A stretch of DNA of 64,000 nt from Octopus sinensis (GCF_006345805.1 NC_043018.1:29016001-29080000), one strand, 5' to 3'. Positions 39,880-54,623 are shown, counted from the stretch's first letter. Notes: generated from the letters alone by a model not told the origin. Numbers and translations are program-made.

Positions 39880-40094
39880 TAATTGTGAAACAAGGTGGAA
39901 AAAAGAGTACTCAAATGCCAGGGGTAGAGTATATGCTTTATTTAAAAGCAGCAGAAATTCAACAAAATCTGTTACTCGGAGTTTCACGTTCCCGTTCGTC
40001 GGACAGTTTTGTTACAAAACTGTCCGAGGATCGGGAGCGTGAAACTCCGAGTAACAGGTTTTGTTGAATTTCTGCTGCTTTTAAATAAAGTATA

Positions 40095-40096
<2 letters not shown>
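39880..40096. mobile_element. Fold-back Penelope-like element (arms 39930-40012 and 40014-40096) with a hammerhead in each arm
   Basis: Near-perfect palindrome centred on 40013; flanked by (AT)n. Confidence 0.75.
39969..40006 (-). ncRNA. Minimal type I hammerhead ribozyme (U4C); mirror copy at 40020-40057 (+)
   Basis: ctgt CCGACGA acg-ggaa-cgt GAA ACTCCGAGT A acag. Confidence 0.72.
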
Positions 40097-40149
<53 letters not shown>

Positions 40150-41168
40150 ATGTTATGCTTATACGTGATGCACGTTTCGAAAATTTTCGACTCGCGTCCA
40201 GTAAGACAAACTACTCCAAGTTGTTAGAGTAATCTTCGCTAAGTGAAGTCGATTCTAAATGTAGCAACGTTGTGTGGTAAAACACGAAACATGTATTTAC
40301 TTAACACCTGCACTTAAAATTGTCGGTTCTAACCGTTATATTCGATATTTGATTCTCACGATCGGTGGAACTATAGACAGGAATCACAGTAGTCAAATTA
40401 AGTGCCTTTTCCCTAAATAATTTTTGTTTACTTTTCAAATTTTTATGTTCTTTTTCTTCATCGCACTCCTTTACAATTCTCTTCTTGATGTTTCCATAGA
40501 TTATATATTTGCAGCTTTCCACTCATCTGACCAAACGATTGTCACTTTCCGATTCCACACATATTTGTATTATTGATTCGTGAATGAATTTGCCTACGCC
40601 TTCTATTATCTGTCCTATGTCTTGATTTCATTTTTCGTCTGAGAGAAATTAGGCAGTGTAATGGGTAATGGAAATATTCCCGCTCCCGGGTATTACCGGG
40701 TAACTCAGCTAGTACAAAATGTTCGGCTGCAGATTCTGTTGAATAACCTGTTGTATATTTACACAAGTTCAGGTGTATGCTTCGACGCAATGTAATTACC
40801 TGCAAATTTCCGACCCTGTCCACTTTAATATTCCACTACTATACACATATTATGATGCAACAGTCTTACCTGTGCATTGACTGACTAGACATTTATGAAA
40901 ATATGTCGCATAACAAAATGAACACGAATCCAAATATCAATATTTTGAAAGCAATTAATTTGTGCGGTTCAAGTGATTACATAAGGAAATTGTTATGCAA
41001 TACAATCCTCGACAATCGACATTTCACTACATACAGGTATTTGAAATTTACCTTATATATATTAGCTGTGCGGATAGCCTTACACAATCCGTCAAAATAC
41101 AAAGTAGAAGGAAAAGAACGTAGAAAGAAAAGCGACAGGTAAAGAATGAGAAATATTTTTATATATAA

Positions 41169-41552
41169 CTAGCAGTATCGCCCGGCGTTGCTCAGGTTTG
41201 TAAGGGAAATAACTATAAAGCATTTTTAGAGAGTTATAGCGAAAAAATAGCAAAAAAATGGAAAAAAAATGATGGTAAATTTTTTTTGAAAGTTAAAAAA
41301 GGTGGAGTTGCGTCCCCTAGACGGTCTGTGGTTTGGGTTTCTAATTCTCGACCCCATGTCGAATTTATCGATTTTTTTCAGAACTGGGGGAACTTTTCAA
41401 AATTTTCGCTGCGTTAGTTTTGAATTATGACATTGGGCTATGTGTGTGTCAAGTTTCATCAGAATCGGTTGAAAACCGTGGTCAGAGTGAGGGTACGAGA
41501 AAACAGACACACAGAAAACGCACAGACAAACTGCCGTTTATATAGAGAGAGA
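41169..41552 (-). mobile_element. Non-autonomous Helitron-like element, copy 2
   Basis: Reverse complement of 107-488 with the same A|TC...CTAG|T boundaries. Confidence 0.8.
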
Positions 41553-41557
41553 TATCT

Positions 41558-41925
41558 AGGCGCAAGCGTGGCTACAGGGTAAGAGGTTTGCTCCGCAACC
41601 ACATGGGTCGGGGCTCAGTAGAGTGTCTTCTACTACAACTTCCGACAAATCTAAACCTTGTAAGTGGATTTGATAGACGGAAACATTTACCATATGTGTG
41701 GCGGGGTTTGGGTTGTCCCCATGAACCCGCTTGACAAAAGGTGTTGGTGTGCTTACGTCCTCGTAACTTAGAGAATCAGCAATGTATTTCCTTAATAGAA
41801 TAAAGACTAGGCTTTAAGAATAATTCTTGATTTGTTCGACTAAATCCCTTCGAGTAAGTGCTCCAGCATGGCGGCAGTCAAATGGTCGAAACAAACAGAA
41901 GAACGAAAAAGAAAGTAAAAGAAAG
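41558..41925 (+). mobile_element. SINE family A, diverged
   Basis: aggcgcaagcgtggct...gtggatttgatagacggaaac...gtgctccagcatggcggcagtcaaatg. Confidence 0.7.
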
Positions 41926-41953
41926 AATACATATATTCATATGTGTGGGTGTG

Positions 41954-41998
<45 letters not shown>

Positions 41999-42359
41999 CG
42001 TGTGTGTGTGTAAAGTAAAAGAAAGGGGACTATAGATAAATATTTCCTTTTATATACCGCTTTTCCTCTTCCGCTCTGCTTATCTAATTCTTCTATCTAT
42101 CTTACTTTCCCTCCCTAACCTTTCTTTGTGTTTTGGTGCTTTTCCAAAGACTTTTCGAACAGGACATATTTTTTAGATAACTTTGTACTTTGAAATGTCA
42201 ACCGACCTGGGTCGTGTTACGTTACAGCTTTCTTACTTAAATATACGAAACGCTTGTATTAAAGTGTAAGCAGAGGAAATCTTTTAAATAATGAGATCGA
42301 TATAAGCAACAGTATTCTCCTCTCAAAATCATATATACTATGTTGATAATCATTTCAAT

Positions 42360-43385
42360 TTTTTGACACGAGGGCAGCTTGACGTAGGTGGCGATAAGTC
42401 GATTACATCGACCCCAGTGTTCAACTGGTACTTACTTTTTCGACCCCGAAAGGTTGAAAGGCAGAGTCAGCCTTGGTGGAATTTGGACTCAGAACGTTGC
42501 GATGGGCGAAATACCGCTAAGTATTTCGTCCAGCGCGCTAACGATTCCTCCAGCACACTGCTTTTGTGACTATGTTAATAGTAACTATTAAGAAGGCAGC
42601 AAGCTGGCAGAACCGTTACCACGCCGGGCGAAATGCGTAGCCGTATTTCGTCTGCCGTTGCGTTCTGAGTTCAAATTCCGCTGAGGTCGACTTTCCATTT
42701 CGTTCTTTTGGGGTCGATTAAATAAATACCAGTTACTCACTGGGGTCGATGTATTCGACTTAATCCGTTTGTCTCTCCTTGTTTGTTCTCTCTGTGTTTA
42801 ACCCCCTGTGGATAGTAAAGAAATAGGTATTTCGTCTGTTTTTACGTTCTGTGTTCAAATTCTGCCGAGGTTGAATTCGTCTTTCAGCTTCGATAAATTG
42901 AGTGCCAGTGGCGTACTGGGATTCATCTAATCGGCTGCCCCAACCCCCCCAAAAAATTCGGTCCTTGTGCCTAGGAGTAGAAACGAATAATAACTATTAA
43001 GGAAAGTGGAATGATAAATTTAAGTAAAGTTCTGTTTAAAAATACTACACGTTATTACTATTCATGTCCTGATTTAAAATCTCCCCCCACGCCGATATCC
43101 ACTTTACTTGGCAATCATATTCTGAGATCGATAGAACGGAGACCCAGTTAATTAATTACGTTAATATATTCAACTATATTAAGGCAGCAAGCTGACCGAA
43201 TCGATAGCAAACTGCTGACTGGAAATTCGTCCATTTTTACCTTTTAATGTCAAATTTCCTTTGGTCGATTTTATTTTTCATCGTTTTGAGGGCGATGAAA
43301 TAAGTACAATTAGGTACTTCGGTCGATGTAATCAACTTATCTGCCTCCCGAAATTGCTGGCCTTGTGCCAAAATGTGAGACAAAT
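42360..43385. mobile_element. Cluster of SINE family B copies (42360-42560 -, 42593-42990 +, 43180-43385 +)
   Basis: Family motifs in both orientations. Confidence 0.8.
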
Positions 43386-43879
43386 ATTAGTTACTTCTTT
43401 AAGAGGTACAGCTACACCCTGTTTAATGAGAATAGTTTTGTAACTGTTGCTTTTTTTAAGTTTCAGCCCAGAGCTGCGGCCATGCTGATGCACTGCCGTT
43501 ATTCAAATTTCTACTCATTCCCAAAGTATTTTCTCTAAATTGAAGTTTCATCAAGAGAGAATCAAAACCGAATGTGTTTCTTGTTCAAGGAATTAGTTTT
43601 TTTTCATTGAGAGGAACTAATAATATTGGTACAATTGTGAAAAAGATAATAGAAGTTTGGTTTAAGGGGAGAAAATAACGAAGAACACTGAGATTGAGAA
43701 TATATTTGAACCGAAAGCTTAAAAAGGTTAAATGGAAAATAGAAAGTAACAAACAATGAAAACACAAAGAAAATATAAAATAAATATACGACAAACAGAA
43801 AATAAAGAGAAGAAAACAGAAAACAGACGGAAGAAAATTAGATTATGAACGTGGTATATTATAGCAGACGTTAAGTGTA

Positions 43880-45095
<1,216 letters not shown>

Positions 45096-45394
45096 ATAAC
45101 ATTCATTCGTTATTCAACAATATCGAAGCACGATGGAAATTCCCTGAAGGAAGAAAACAGTCAAATTTTAAATTGCTTTTAAAAGACGTTGGTAAATTCT
45201 TTGGTTGAGACGAAGAATATATTCCCAGAGTCGTTTTTGTTTTTCGGGCAGTGAAATAGCAATAATATTAATAACAGAAAAGAATAATTAAGATAAGAAA
45301 TATAATAAAATATTAGGGCAAGAGAAAAAGCAACCAGGTCAGCGTTATTTAAAGAGTACAACTTACATATCTGTCAGAAATAATGTCAGACATT

Positions 45395-46255
45395 ACATAC
45401 ACTGTCCCATTTTCAGTGTTTCCCAGTCAGACACATTAATAAACGAAACAAATTCCTGTCCCATATCCAATGTCCCACGTCACAGACAGTGACAAAGACA
45501 GCACATGTACTGTCCCATTCTCAATGTTTCAATGAAGAGCAGAGTCAGGTACATCACCTATCCTCTTCCATTCTCCATGTCCCCCGTCAAAGACAGTGAC
45601 AAGGTCGCCACATGTTCTGTCCCATTTTAACGTCCCAATCAAATGCAGCGATAGGCACACCACATACACTGTCCCATTTTCAATGTTTCACTCAATTGTA
45701 GAGAGAGGTACACAACGTACCCTGTCCCATTTTCGATGTTTTACGTCACACAAAATATCAGACACAACATATACACTTTCTCATATTCAATGACCCAAGC
45801 CACACACAGTGTCTCATTTCCTATATCCCAAAGCCACACACGGTGTGAGATACGCGACATATCCTGTCCAATTTTCAGTGTACCACGACAAGCGCAGTAA
45901 GAGATACAGCACAAACTCCGTCTCATTTCCAATGTCATTGTCACACACAGTGTCAGTCCCACAATAGACCCTGTCCAATTTTCAATATTCCAAAGTCACG
46001 CACATTGACGGACACACTATATGCCCAATGTCGTTTTAAATGTTCCAAGCCACACACACAGATACACATAGCATCTCATACCATTTCTCATTTTCAAAAC
46101 TTCCAAGATGTATTTATAGACAGATACGTTTAATATTTTGTTTCATTTTCTGTCCCCAATCAGACACAATTAAATGCACTCGGAATACCATTTTCAGTGT
46201 CTCCAAATCCCATTAGGTGACAGGCATATCATATACCATGTCCCATTTTTAATGA
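45395..46255 (+). repeat. Degenerate tandem minisatellite, period about 53 bp
   Basis: Core ctgtcccattttcaatgt recurs near 45402, 45456, 45510, 45566, 45617, 45669, 45722 and more weakly to about 46240. Confidence 0.75.
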
Positions 46256-46529
46256 TAGAAGTTCATCATCAATTAAGACCAATGACTTCATTGCAGCTTT
46301 GGATCGTCTGCGACGTTTCAATGATTTTATTCCACGTCTCTCTCTGACTTCACACATAGGTGATATATCTTATGCGTGAAGGTGTCTATTGTCTTTGGTT
46401 TTGTTATTGTTTATCAACAAGTATACCCTGATCCAGTCAAACTACACCGAAAGGTTTTCCAGCTGTGTCCACCATATCATGTTATTGATACATACATCCT
46501 TACATAAATACACACATACACACACACTC

Positions 46530-46562
<33 letters not shown>

Positions 46563-46630
46563 CACATACACTCATATATATATACACATAAATATATATA
46601 TAACCATAAATACACACATACACAACACTC

Positions 46631-46667
<37 letters not shown>

Positions 46668-46687
46668 ATATATATGCAGCACGAAGC

Positions 46688-46739
46688 TTTGTCAGTGAAC
46701 AGGTCGCGGTCTCGAAGCGACCGAAAATATTTTGACAAA
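46688..46739 (+). ncRNA. Minimal type I hammerhead ribozyme, G3-C8 variant
   Basis: tttgtca GTGAACA ggtcgc-ggtctcgaa-gcgacc GAA AATATT T tgacaaa: 7-bp stem I, 6-bp stem II, palindromic stem III. Confidence 0.72.
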
Positions 46740-46883
46740 TTAAATTTAAATGTTGAAGAGAATCTAACGGTTTTGTGTGTTTCTTAAATGGCTTATAAAT
46801 ACCTTCCACGCTGCAATTGTTTTCGTTCCAGCACACGATCTCAGATCAAGTCACTTGCTATGCAAGTACATCTCCGTAAATCT

Positions 46884-46916
<33 letters not shown>

Positions 46917-47323
46917 TATATATATATATATATATATACACACACATATATATATGTGTGTGTGCGTGTGTATTGGATCATCCCATAAATAATGCGGTTT
47001 ATTTAATATTTCTTTTCCTTTTCAAAATTACGATAAACAAAGTTCATTTTAATCTAAAATATACCCTCCTTCATTTTTTACAATGCCCTTCCATCTCTCT
47101 GCTAGACTTGCAAGGCTCTTCTTCCAAATTTCACTTATCCACGACGAAAAGTACTCCTCCAGTACTGTTCTAACCGCGTCTACAGAATTCATAGATACAA
47201 AGCAAAACGAGAGAGAGAGAGAGAGAGAGGGGGGAGAGAGATAGAAAGAAATACAAAACTAACTCAATGTGTTCTGCTCCTGTTTGAGAGGCTAGGGTGT
47301 GTTGGTGGGGGATTTGATTGATA

Positions 47324-48604
47324 CGAGAGGCGTTCAATAAGTAATGCCTCTGACCCACTTGCCTTTGTTTGATCTAGCATGTACAATTATTGATATCTCT
47401 ATAGATTAAGTGGCAAATTACAGCTCCGAACTAATTGTGGTTTCTGATGTACAGGTGTTTGAAATGAGTCATGTGGGAAATGGAGCATGTTGAGTATCGA
47501 GCAGTGATCCGGTTTTTGTATTTGAAATGACGCACACCACAGGAGACTTTTAATGAAATGAAAGTAACTTATGGTGATGATGCCCCATCATATGACCTTA
47601 TAAAACGCTGGCATCGTGAATTCAAACATGGTCGGAACTCTGTAGAAACAGCTCCCAGATCTGGTCGCACCACTTCTGCCATTGATGAGGCATCTGTCCG
47701 TCAAGTTGAGGCTGCCATTTTGGAAGATCGACGCATAACTATTGCCAAATAGTCCATGAGGTCAATATTAGTACCGGGTCTGTGGAAACTATCATTCATG
47801 ACCATTTGCATATGTAAAAGGTGTCTGCCAGATGGATTTCCAGGTTGCTCACACTTTTCCAGAAGCAAGAACGCAAGAATTCCAGAAGCAAGCATTTAGG
47901 GATGTGCCAAGAAAATGAGTCAAAATGTTTCAAAAGACTGATTACACAGGATGAGACCTGGGTCCATCACTATGATCCAGAGACCAAAGCCCAGTCAATG
48001 CAGTGGAAGCACCATGACTCACCTCCTGCAAAGAAGGCAAGGGTGCAGCCCTCCGCTGGCAAGGTCATGCTCACAGTCCTCTGGGACCAGGACGGAGTAG
48101 TGATGACAGATTTCCTGGCAAAGGGTACCACAATTACAGGAGACTATCATGTTTCACTTTTGAGGAAATTAAGAGAAGCTATCGAAACCAAGAGGCGGGG
48201 CAAGATCAGCAAAGGCATCCTCCTCCTGCAGGACAACGCTCCGGTCCTACAACTTGCGTGTCGCCAGATCAGAAGCACAGGCGTGCGGCTATGAACTCTT
48301 CCCCCATCCCCCTACTCGCCTGACCTTGCACCCTCTGATTTTCACCTCTTCCCAGCCATGAAGTTGTTTTTGAAAGGAAAGCGTTTCCCAGATGATGCAG
48401 CCTTGATTTCTGAAGTCACGTCGTGGTTGGAGGACCAAGCTGGGGTCTTCTACGAAAACGGTCTCCAGAACTGCATCAAACGATGGGAGAAATGCGTACC
48501 TCTGGGTTATTCCTATGTCGAAAAAGACTAATACCAGTGCCAAGTTTCGCTGCTCTACTGCTATGGGAAGTGGGTCAGGGGCATTACTTATTGAACGCCC
48601 CTCG
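47324..48604 (+). mobile_element. Full-length mariner DNA transposon with TA TSD
   Basis: TA|cgagaggcgttcaataagtaatgcctctgacccactt ... aagtgggtcaggggcattacttattgaacgcccctcg|TA. Confidence 0.95.
47480..48531 (+). pseudogene. Mariner transposase pseudogene
   Basis: MEHVEYRAVIRFL..., PRSGR, ITQDETWV, LLQDNAP, YSPDLAPSDFHLF; in-frame stops and frameshifts. Confidence 0.92.
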
Positions 48605-48659
48605 TATTTCTGCAGATTAATGGATTTCGTCGAATAAATTGGCTCCACTGATTATTTTA

Positions 48660-48945
48660 TCATTCCCTTTTGCGGAAACGCTAAGTTATGTAGACATAAG
48701 AATTAGACAAGTTATGGAGACCTAAAAATTCTACATAAAGAGAAGAGTCCTTCTCTCCCCCCACACACATTATATATATGTACGATGGTATTCTTTCAGT
48801 TTCTGTTTACCAAATCCACCCACAGGTCTTTGGTCAGTCCGTGACTATATTAGAAAGCACTTGCTCAAGGTGCCACGCAGTGGGACGGAACCCACGAATA
48901 TGTGGTTGAGAAGAAAAAATCTCACCACTCCGAAAAACCTGCGCT
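48660..48945 (-). mobile_element. SINE family A, degenerate
   Basis: ttctttcagtttctgtttaccaaatccac...caaggtgccacgcagtgggac. Confidence 0.7.
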
Positions 48946-49834
48946 TATTGAAATATTTCAAAGCGAATGTTTTATTCCTCATAACGTCCAAACAACTTTT
49001 TGGTCCACCTTTGTAGCTGTCATTTACTGTTGCTGTTTTTTCGGCGTTTCAATTAATTGTGAGTTTTATGTAATATCCAAAATTGTAACATATTCTAAAA
49101 TTTATTGTTGTTGTTAGTTTCGTCTGTAAAACTAATAATTTGTTGAATTATCTCCCCTGGGTTTCCTTTCAATGTAAAATTCGTTTCGATTTTTTTCCTT
49201 GAAATTTGCATGAAAGTAAAATTCACTGTTTTCTTTTTCCGTTTTTTGTTTTGCTTTGGTTTTGCATTTTTATTTCACTTGTTAATAAATGTCAAGAAAA
49301 TTAGAAATTCTGAACCGACAAATTTAGATTGCAACCAATTCTTTTGAGACAGGGTAGTACAAAGAAGTGAAAGTATCATGAGCAGACGGTGTGAAGATGA
49401 AGGGTATAGAATATGACAAAATTCTGAACCAAAATATGATGATCGATGAAACGGAAGATATGCAAATTTGGAGACGGAAGATCGTTAACGGATTATGGAA
49501 ATTACGCACTTATAACACTAGTGGGTTGTTCCGTACTTGGCAACCCCTGTGCAAGCAGTCATAGGTTCAAATGTAATCCAGATATGACTATTTTATCGTC
49601 TTTTCAGACAAAGTATTTTGGAAAACGTCTTAAAATTTTGAAGTCCTTTTTTGAGATGGTAACCTGCGATGTGAGCGAGATTAGGCTGTTCTTTCTTGCA
49701 GATGGAGCAATCATATAGAGGTGCTCTCTTGGATTCGATTAGCCAATTGTTTAATCTCTTATTCTTGCTATGAGATTGTTCTTGGTGGTGGTGATTGAAT
49801 AACACTTTCTAGGTAGACGATATCAAATTACACT

Positions 49835-50215
49835 TTACTCTTTTATTTGTTTCAGTCATTTGACTGCGGCCATGCTGGAGCACCGCCTTTGATCGAGCAA
49901 CTCCATCCCGGGACTTATTCTTTTGTAAGCCCAGTACTTATTCTATCGGTCTCTTTTGCCGAACCGCTAAGTAACGGGGACATAAACACACCAGCATCGG
50001 TTGTCAAGCAATGCTAGGGGGACAAACACAGACACACAAACACACACACGCATATATATATATATATATACATATATACGACGGGCTTCTTTCAGTTTCC
50101 GTCTACCAAATCCACTCACAAGGCTTTGGTCGGCCCGAGGCTATAGTAGAAGACACCTGCCCAAGGTGCCACGCAGTGGGACTGAACCCGGAACCATGTG
50201 GTTGGTAAACAAGCT
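49835..50215 (-). mobile_element. SINE family A
   Basis: Near-consensus copy. Confidence 0.9.
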
Positions 50216-51104
50216 AAGGTCTTTATTTTTTGTTTTTCTTACGGATATTCTAGATTAGATTGGGCCTGGTTTAATTAACAAAAAGTAACTTAGATTCGTT
50301 ACACTCGGCTAGACTATGAGAGACATTCTAGGCGATTTCACATCTTGCCTAAATAGCAACATCGCCGAACTCATAATACACTGAGCCATCTTTAAAATGC
50401 GATGATGTAGTCAAGTATACATTTTCTCATTGAAAAGTCGTATTGTCATGGTCGGATGGCCGTTGATTATAGGTTCTGCTGAACTCAATTTCAACACAAT
50501 CTCCAGTCTTAATTAAACTGCAACGACGTGTGTATGTCAATGATTATGAGAGTTCTGCCAGTAGACCACAAACTTCCCATAGGTCTTTCCATGCAAGAGA
50601 GAGCAAGGGTCATAGGCCAGACAAGTAGACGTAAGAATGGGTTTACATAGGACCAGCAACTCTACAGGAGAAAAAATTCTTTACTTCGTTTACTGAAATC
50701 TAGCAGCATTACTGTGAATATGTTTACCAAGCTTTGTAACGATATGGGAAAACATGCACGACATTTTGTGAAAGCATATTGTTTTCCGCATTTAATGAAA
50801 ATAAATAAAGCGATAAAATAAATAAATAATCGTGGTAAGCTACATAAATGAATAAATAAATGAAAATGAAATATATGAACAAATAAATAAAGATATAATA
50901 TAAAATAAACAAACTTAGACCCCAACAGAAACTTGAATAAAAATAAATCGCATGAAGACAATGTTAAAATACGATATGTTAAAGGAAAATTGAATTTTCA
51001 AAGAATTCGAAAGATGGGTTTAAAGATAATGGAATCAAGTTTGGCTGATTGAAATATATTGATCTTAGTTTATAAGCAATATTAATATGTCTCTCTCCTT
51101 CTCC

Positions 51105-51141
<37 letters not shown>

Positions 51142-51237
51142 CATGTATATAATATAAATGTATACATAGAGACATACATATACATATACATATATATATA
51201 TATATATATACATACACACACACACACACACACACAC

Positions 51238-51291
<54 letters not shown>

Positions 51292-51472
51292 TGTATATTA
51301 ATGTATTTTGTTAAGTTGGTATGTGTACCGCAGTAACTTACCTTTCAACGATGTATTTACATTAACTATGATACGTATATAGGCAATTTTAATCTAATAT
51401 TGCAAAACGGATATACATACCTAGATGCACACAGACCTACATACACAAATACACACACACATACACACACAC

Positions 51473-51517
<45 letters not shown>

Positions 51518-51994
51518 TCACACACACACACACACATATAGTGATGCCATTTTGTAGAATGTTACCAACACAGAGCAATCACATAAGTTGCACACCCAAT
51601 GACCGATAAAACTTATAAATTTCCAAATATTGGTAACAATCTGAAACAATTACAATCACAGGTACCACGCAAGCGCCATTTCCTTGTTCATGTTAAACGA
51701 AATACTATAGAACTAACAGCTTCGCCATTTCCTTTGTGTTAAATGGAATACCGCAGAACTAACAACCACGCGAAACCGACGGAGTTCTATTACACACGCA
51801 AGCACCCGAGCACACCCGTCCGCACACACGCACACACATACACTCACATACACAGACATACAGACTTGCTCATATACACATCCGTGTTTGTATATATGTA
51901 GGTGTTATTCGTGATACCATTAGCTTTTCTTAATATATTTGTAATTATATTTGGAAATTTAACCATGACACACGTTATCCGTTTCAGGATCTAT

Positions 51995-52193
51995 ATTACT
52001 CTTTTATTATTTTACTGTGGCCATGCTGGAGCACCGCCTTTAGCCGAGCAAATCGAACCCAGGACTTATTCTTTGGAAGCATAGTCCTTATCCTATCGGT
52101 CTCTTTCGCCGAACCGCTAAGTTACGGGGAGGTAAACACACCAGCATCGGTTGTCAAGCGATGTTGGGAGACAAAGACACACAAACACACACA

Positions 52194-52287
<94 letters not shown>

Positions 52288-52445
52288 TACGACGCGCTTC
52301 TTTCAGTTTCCGTCTACCAAATCCACTCACAAGGCTTTGGTCGGCCTGCGGCTATAGTAGAAGACACTTGCCCAAGGTGCCACGCAGTGGGAATGAACCC
52401 GGAACCATGTGGTTGGTAAGCAAGCTACTTATCACACAGCCACTC
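51995..52445 (-). mobile_element. SINE family A
   Basis: Near-consensus copy. Confidence 0.9.
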
Positions 52446-52519
52446 AGTTATATAATATCGATTTTTAGTTTCTCGAAAGTAGGTATAGATATGATTTCGT
52501 ATTAGGGTGTAACTCGCTT

Positions 52520-53110
52520 ACACTAAACCCAGTCCTCAATGTAATCATCCTAGAAATGATGAAAGGTGAATTCCTCCTCGGCGGAATTTAAATTCAGAAC
52601 GTAAAGACGGAAGAAATGCTGCTAATAATTTTATCCGGCTTGCTTATGATTCTGCCAGATTGCTGCTTTAAGGTAGTTATAAATATCGAGTGGACAAGAC
52701 GACAGGATGCGCTGCACAAGAATACTGAGTTCGAATCTGACCAGCATTATGTGGATTTGTTCTGGTCAATTAACTGGCACTTCGTCGGTTACGAGTGACG
52801 GTTGTAGCTGACGCCATCAATGGAACAGCCTGCTCGTGAAATTAGTGTGTAAGGGACTGAGCACTCTACTGACATTTGTACTTTTAGTGTAGTTCTTAGG
52901 GAGATTGAAAGTGAAAGAGACAAGGCTGGCCCTTCGAAATACAGTGACAAGACTGGCCCTTTGAAATACAGATGCTTCTCATTTTTGTCAGCTGAGTGAA
53001 CTGGAGCAACGTGAAATAAAATATCTTGCCCGAAGATTCACCGTGCGGCTGAGAATCGAACTCATATTCTTAAGATTGTGACCCGAATACCCTAACCACT
53101 ATGCCACATT
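52520..53110 (-). mobile_element. Degenerate family B SINE (52520-52670) and tRNA-headed SINE with a type 3 tail (52770-53108)
   Basis: ggaacagcctgctcgtgaaatt and caaggctggcccttcgaaatacag are reverse complements of the 38990-39120 tail. Confidence 0.65.
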
Positions 53111-53803
53111 AATTCGCTTTGGTTTATTAAAAGGAGGATGAATGTCCGTAGACATGTGGTTATGGTGTTTCTCTTGTGATTCCATGATTGTGATTTTGAT
53201 TCTCGGACCGGTCAGTGCGTTGTAGCCTTAACAAAACGCTTCATTTCATGGAAACGTGTAACTGGTCCATTGCGGTCCTAGGACACGAGGCTGTAACTTT
53301 GCGTTTCTAATTAAAGTGAGGAAGGCCTTGTCCATGTTATTTAGTAAATGGGATTTTATGAAGAAACTGCGTCTCATCAATAGGACAGTACATGAAGTCA
53401 TTCGATCTTGATGCTATCAAAAATCAAGAAACCTGAATACGTTGATGGAAGGTTTTTAAAGTTGCATTGTCCTATTTCTTCTCTCTCTCCTTGATATTCC
53501 TGATAGACCAGTACTTTCTATTGGGGCATTTTCTTCATTCAATCGTTATTTCAAATGAAGTATCCGAAAGCTACAATTTTTAATTATTACCTAGAATAGA
53601 ATTCAATATTGAAAAGTGAATAAACTTCACCTGTAACCTGTTCTTGTTGAACTCGCGTCAATAATAAATTTGTTTGTGTAAATCAAATACTGTTTCGTAT
53701 CTGTAGTCAAACACCTGACCGACGCTATTGTATACACATACGTAATTACTAAAACAAAAGGTCAGAACATGAAACTAAGTTAACTTTGTTAATTAAAAGT
53801 TAA

Positions 53804-53975
53804 GAGTACGTTAATTAAAACCCGACCTGACTTAATCCAGAAACTCTATAATCAAATGCCGTCTCGGTTACTAAAGTTATAACTCGGTTACTAAAGTTAT
53901 AACTTTAGTAACCGAGACGGCATTTGATTATAGAGTTTCTGGATTAAGTCAGGTCGGGTTTTAATTAACGTACTC
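53804..53975. repeat. Perfect palindrome with a 22-nt tandem duplication at the axis
   Basis: gagtacgttaattaaaacccg...(ctcggttactaaagttataa)x2 ctttagtaaccgag...ttaattaacgtactc. Confidence 0.9.
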
Positions 53976-54199
53976 AGAAAACGAAACTAAGCTATCATAA
54001 AAAAGCAAAACGTATCTAATCCAGAAAATCTATAATAAAAAACAGTCTCAATTATTATAACCTTCCATTTTCATTTGACATTGTCTATCGAGGACTATAC
54101 TGTGCAATGTTGCTTGATGAGTTTCAGACAGCAGGATCGGGATTTGTGTTTTTCGGAGTCGTTCGGTTGACATTTATGAGAGATTACTTGGCAAAAACT

Positions 54200-54385
54200 G
54201 TAAAGTGGCGATGTGGCACTCGTCCGATTTTTCGTTCTGAGTTCAAATCCCGTCAAGTTCGACTTTACATTTCATTGTTTCGAGATCGATAAAATAAGCA
54301 CCAGTCGAACTCTGAGATCGATGTAATCGAATTAGCCCCCCTCCCCCACGAAATTATTTCCTTTGTACACAAATTTGAAACCCAT
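54200..54385 (+). mobile_element. SINE family B, degenerate
   Basis: cgttctgagttcaaatccc...gatcgataaaataagcaccag...caaatttgaaacc. Confidence 0.65.
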
Positions 54386-54623
54386 TTGGTGATAGCTGTC
54401 AACACTTTTTAACACTCATGACAGGCGGGAGCAAATTAACGGGGTAGAAATATAAAGCTTTCAGCATTTAAATATATCCGAAAGTTGTGTGTAATTAATG
54501 CAAGGATGGAACGAAGAATTAATGTAGATGTTGAATCTCTTAGGATATACACCCTGGTTTCGCACTCTTTTTCTGTCTTCATTTTCTCTTTCCTTCACTA
54601 TATATATATTATATATATAATAT

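Noticed and set aside
40300-40870. Unique sequence with short minus-strand ORFs and possible GT donor sites
   Set aside because: No recognisable domain, stops in alternative frames and no supportable exon chain; would need RNA-seq.
45395-46255. CRISPR-like appearance (repeated core with variable spacers)
   Set aside because: The cores are degenerate, the spacers are related to one another, there are no cas genes and the context is eukaryotic.
49320-49815. Exon-like unique block after a pyrimidine-rich stretch
   Set aside because: All three plus frames hit early stops after the putative acceptor; no homology recognised.
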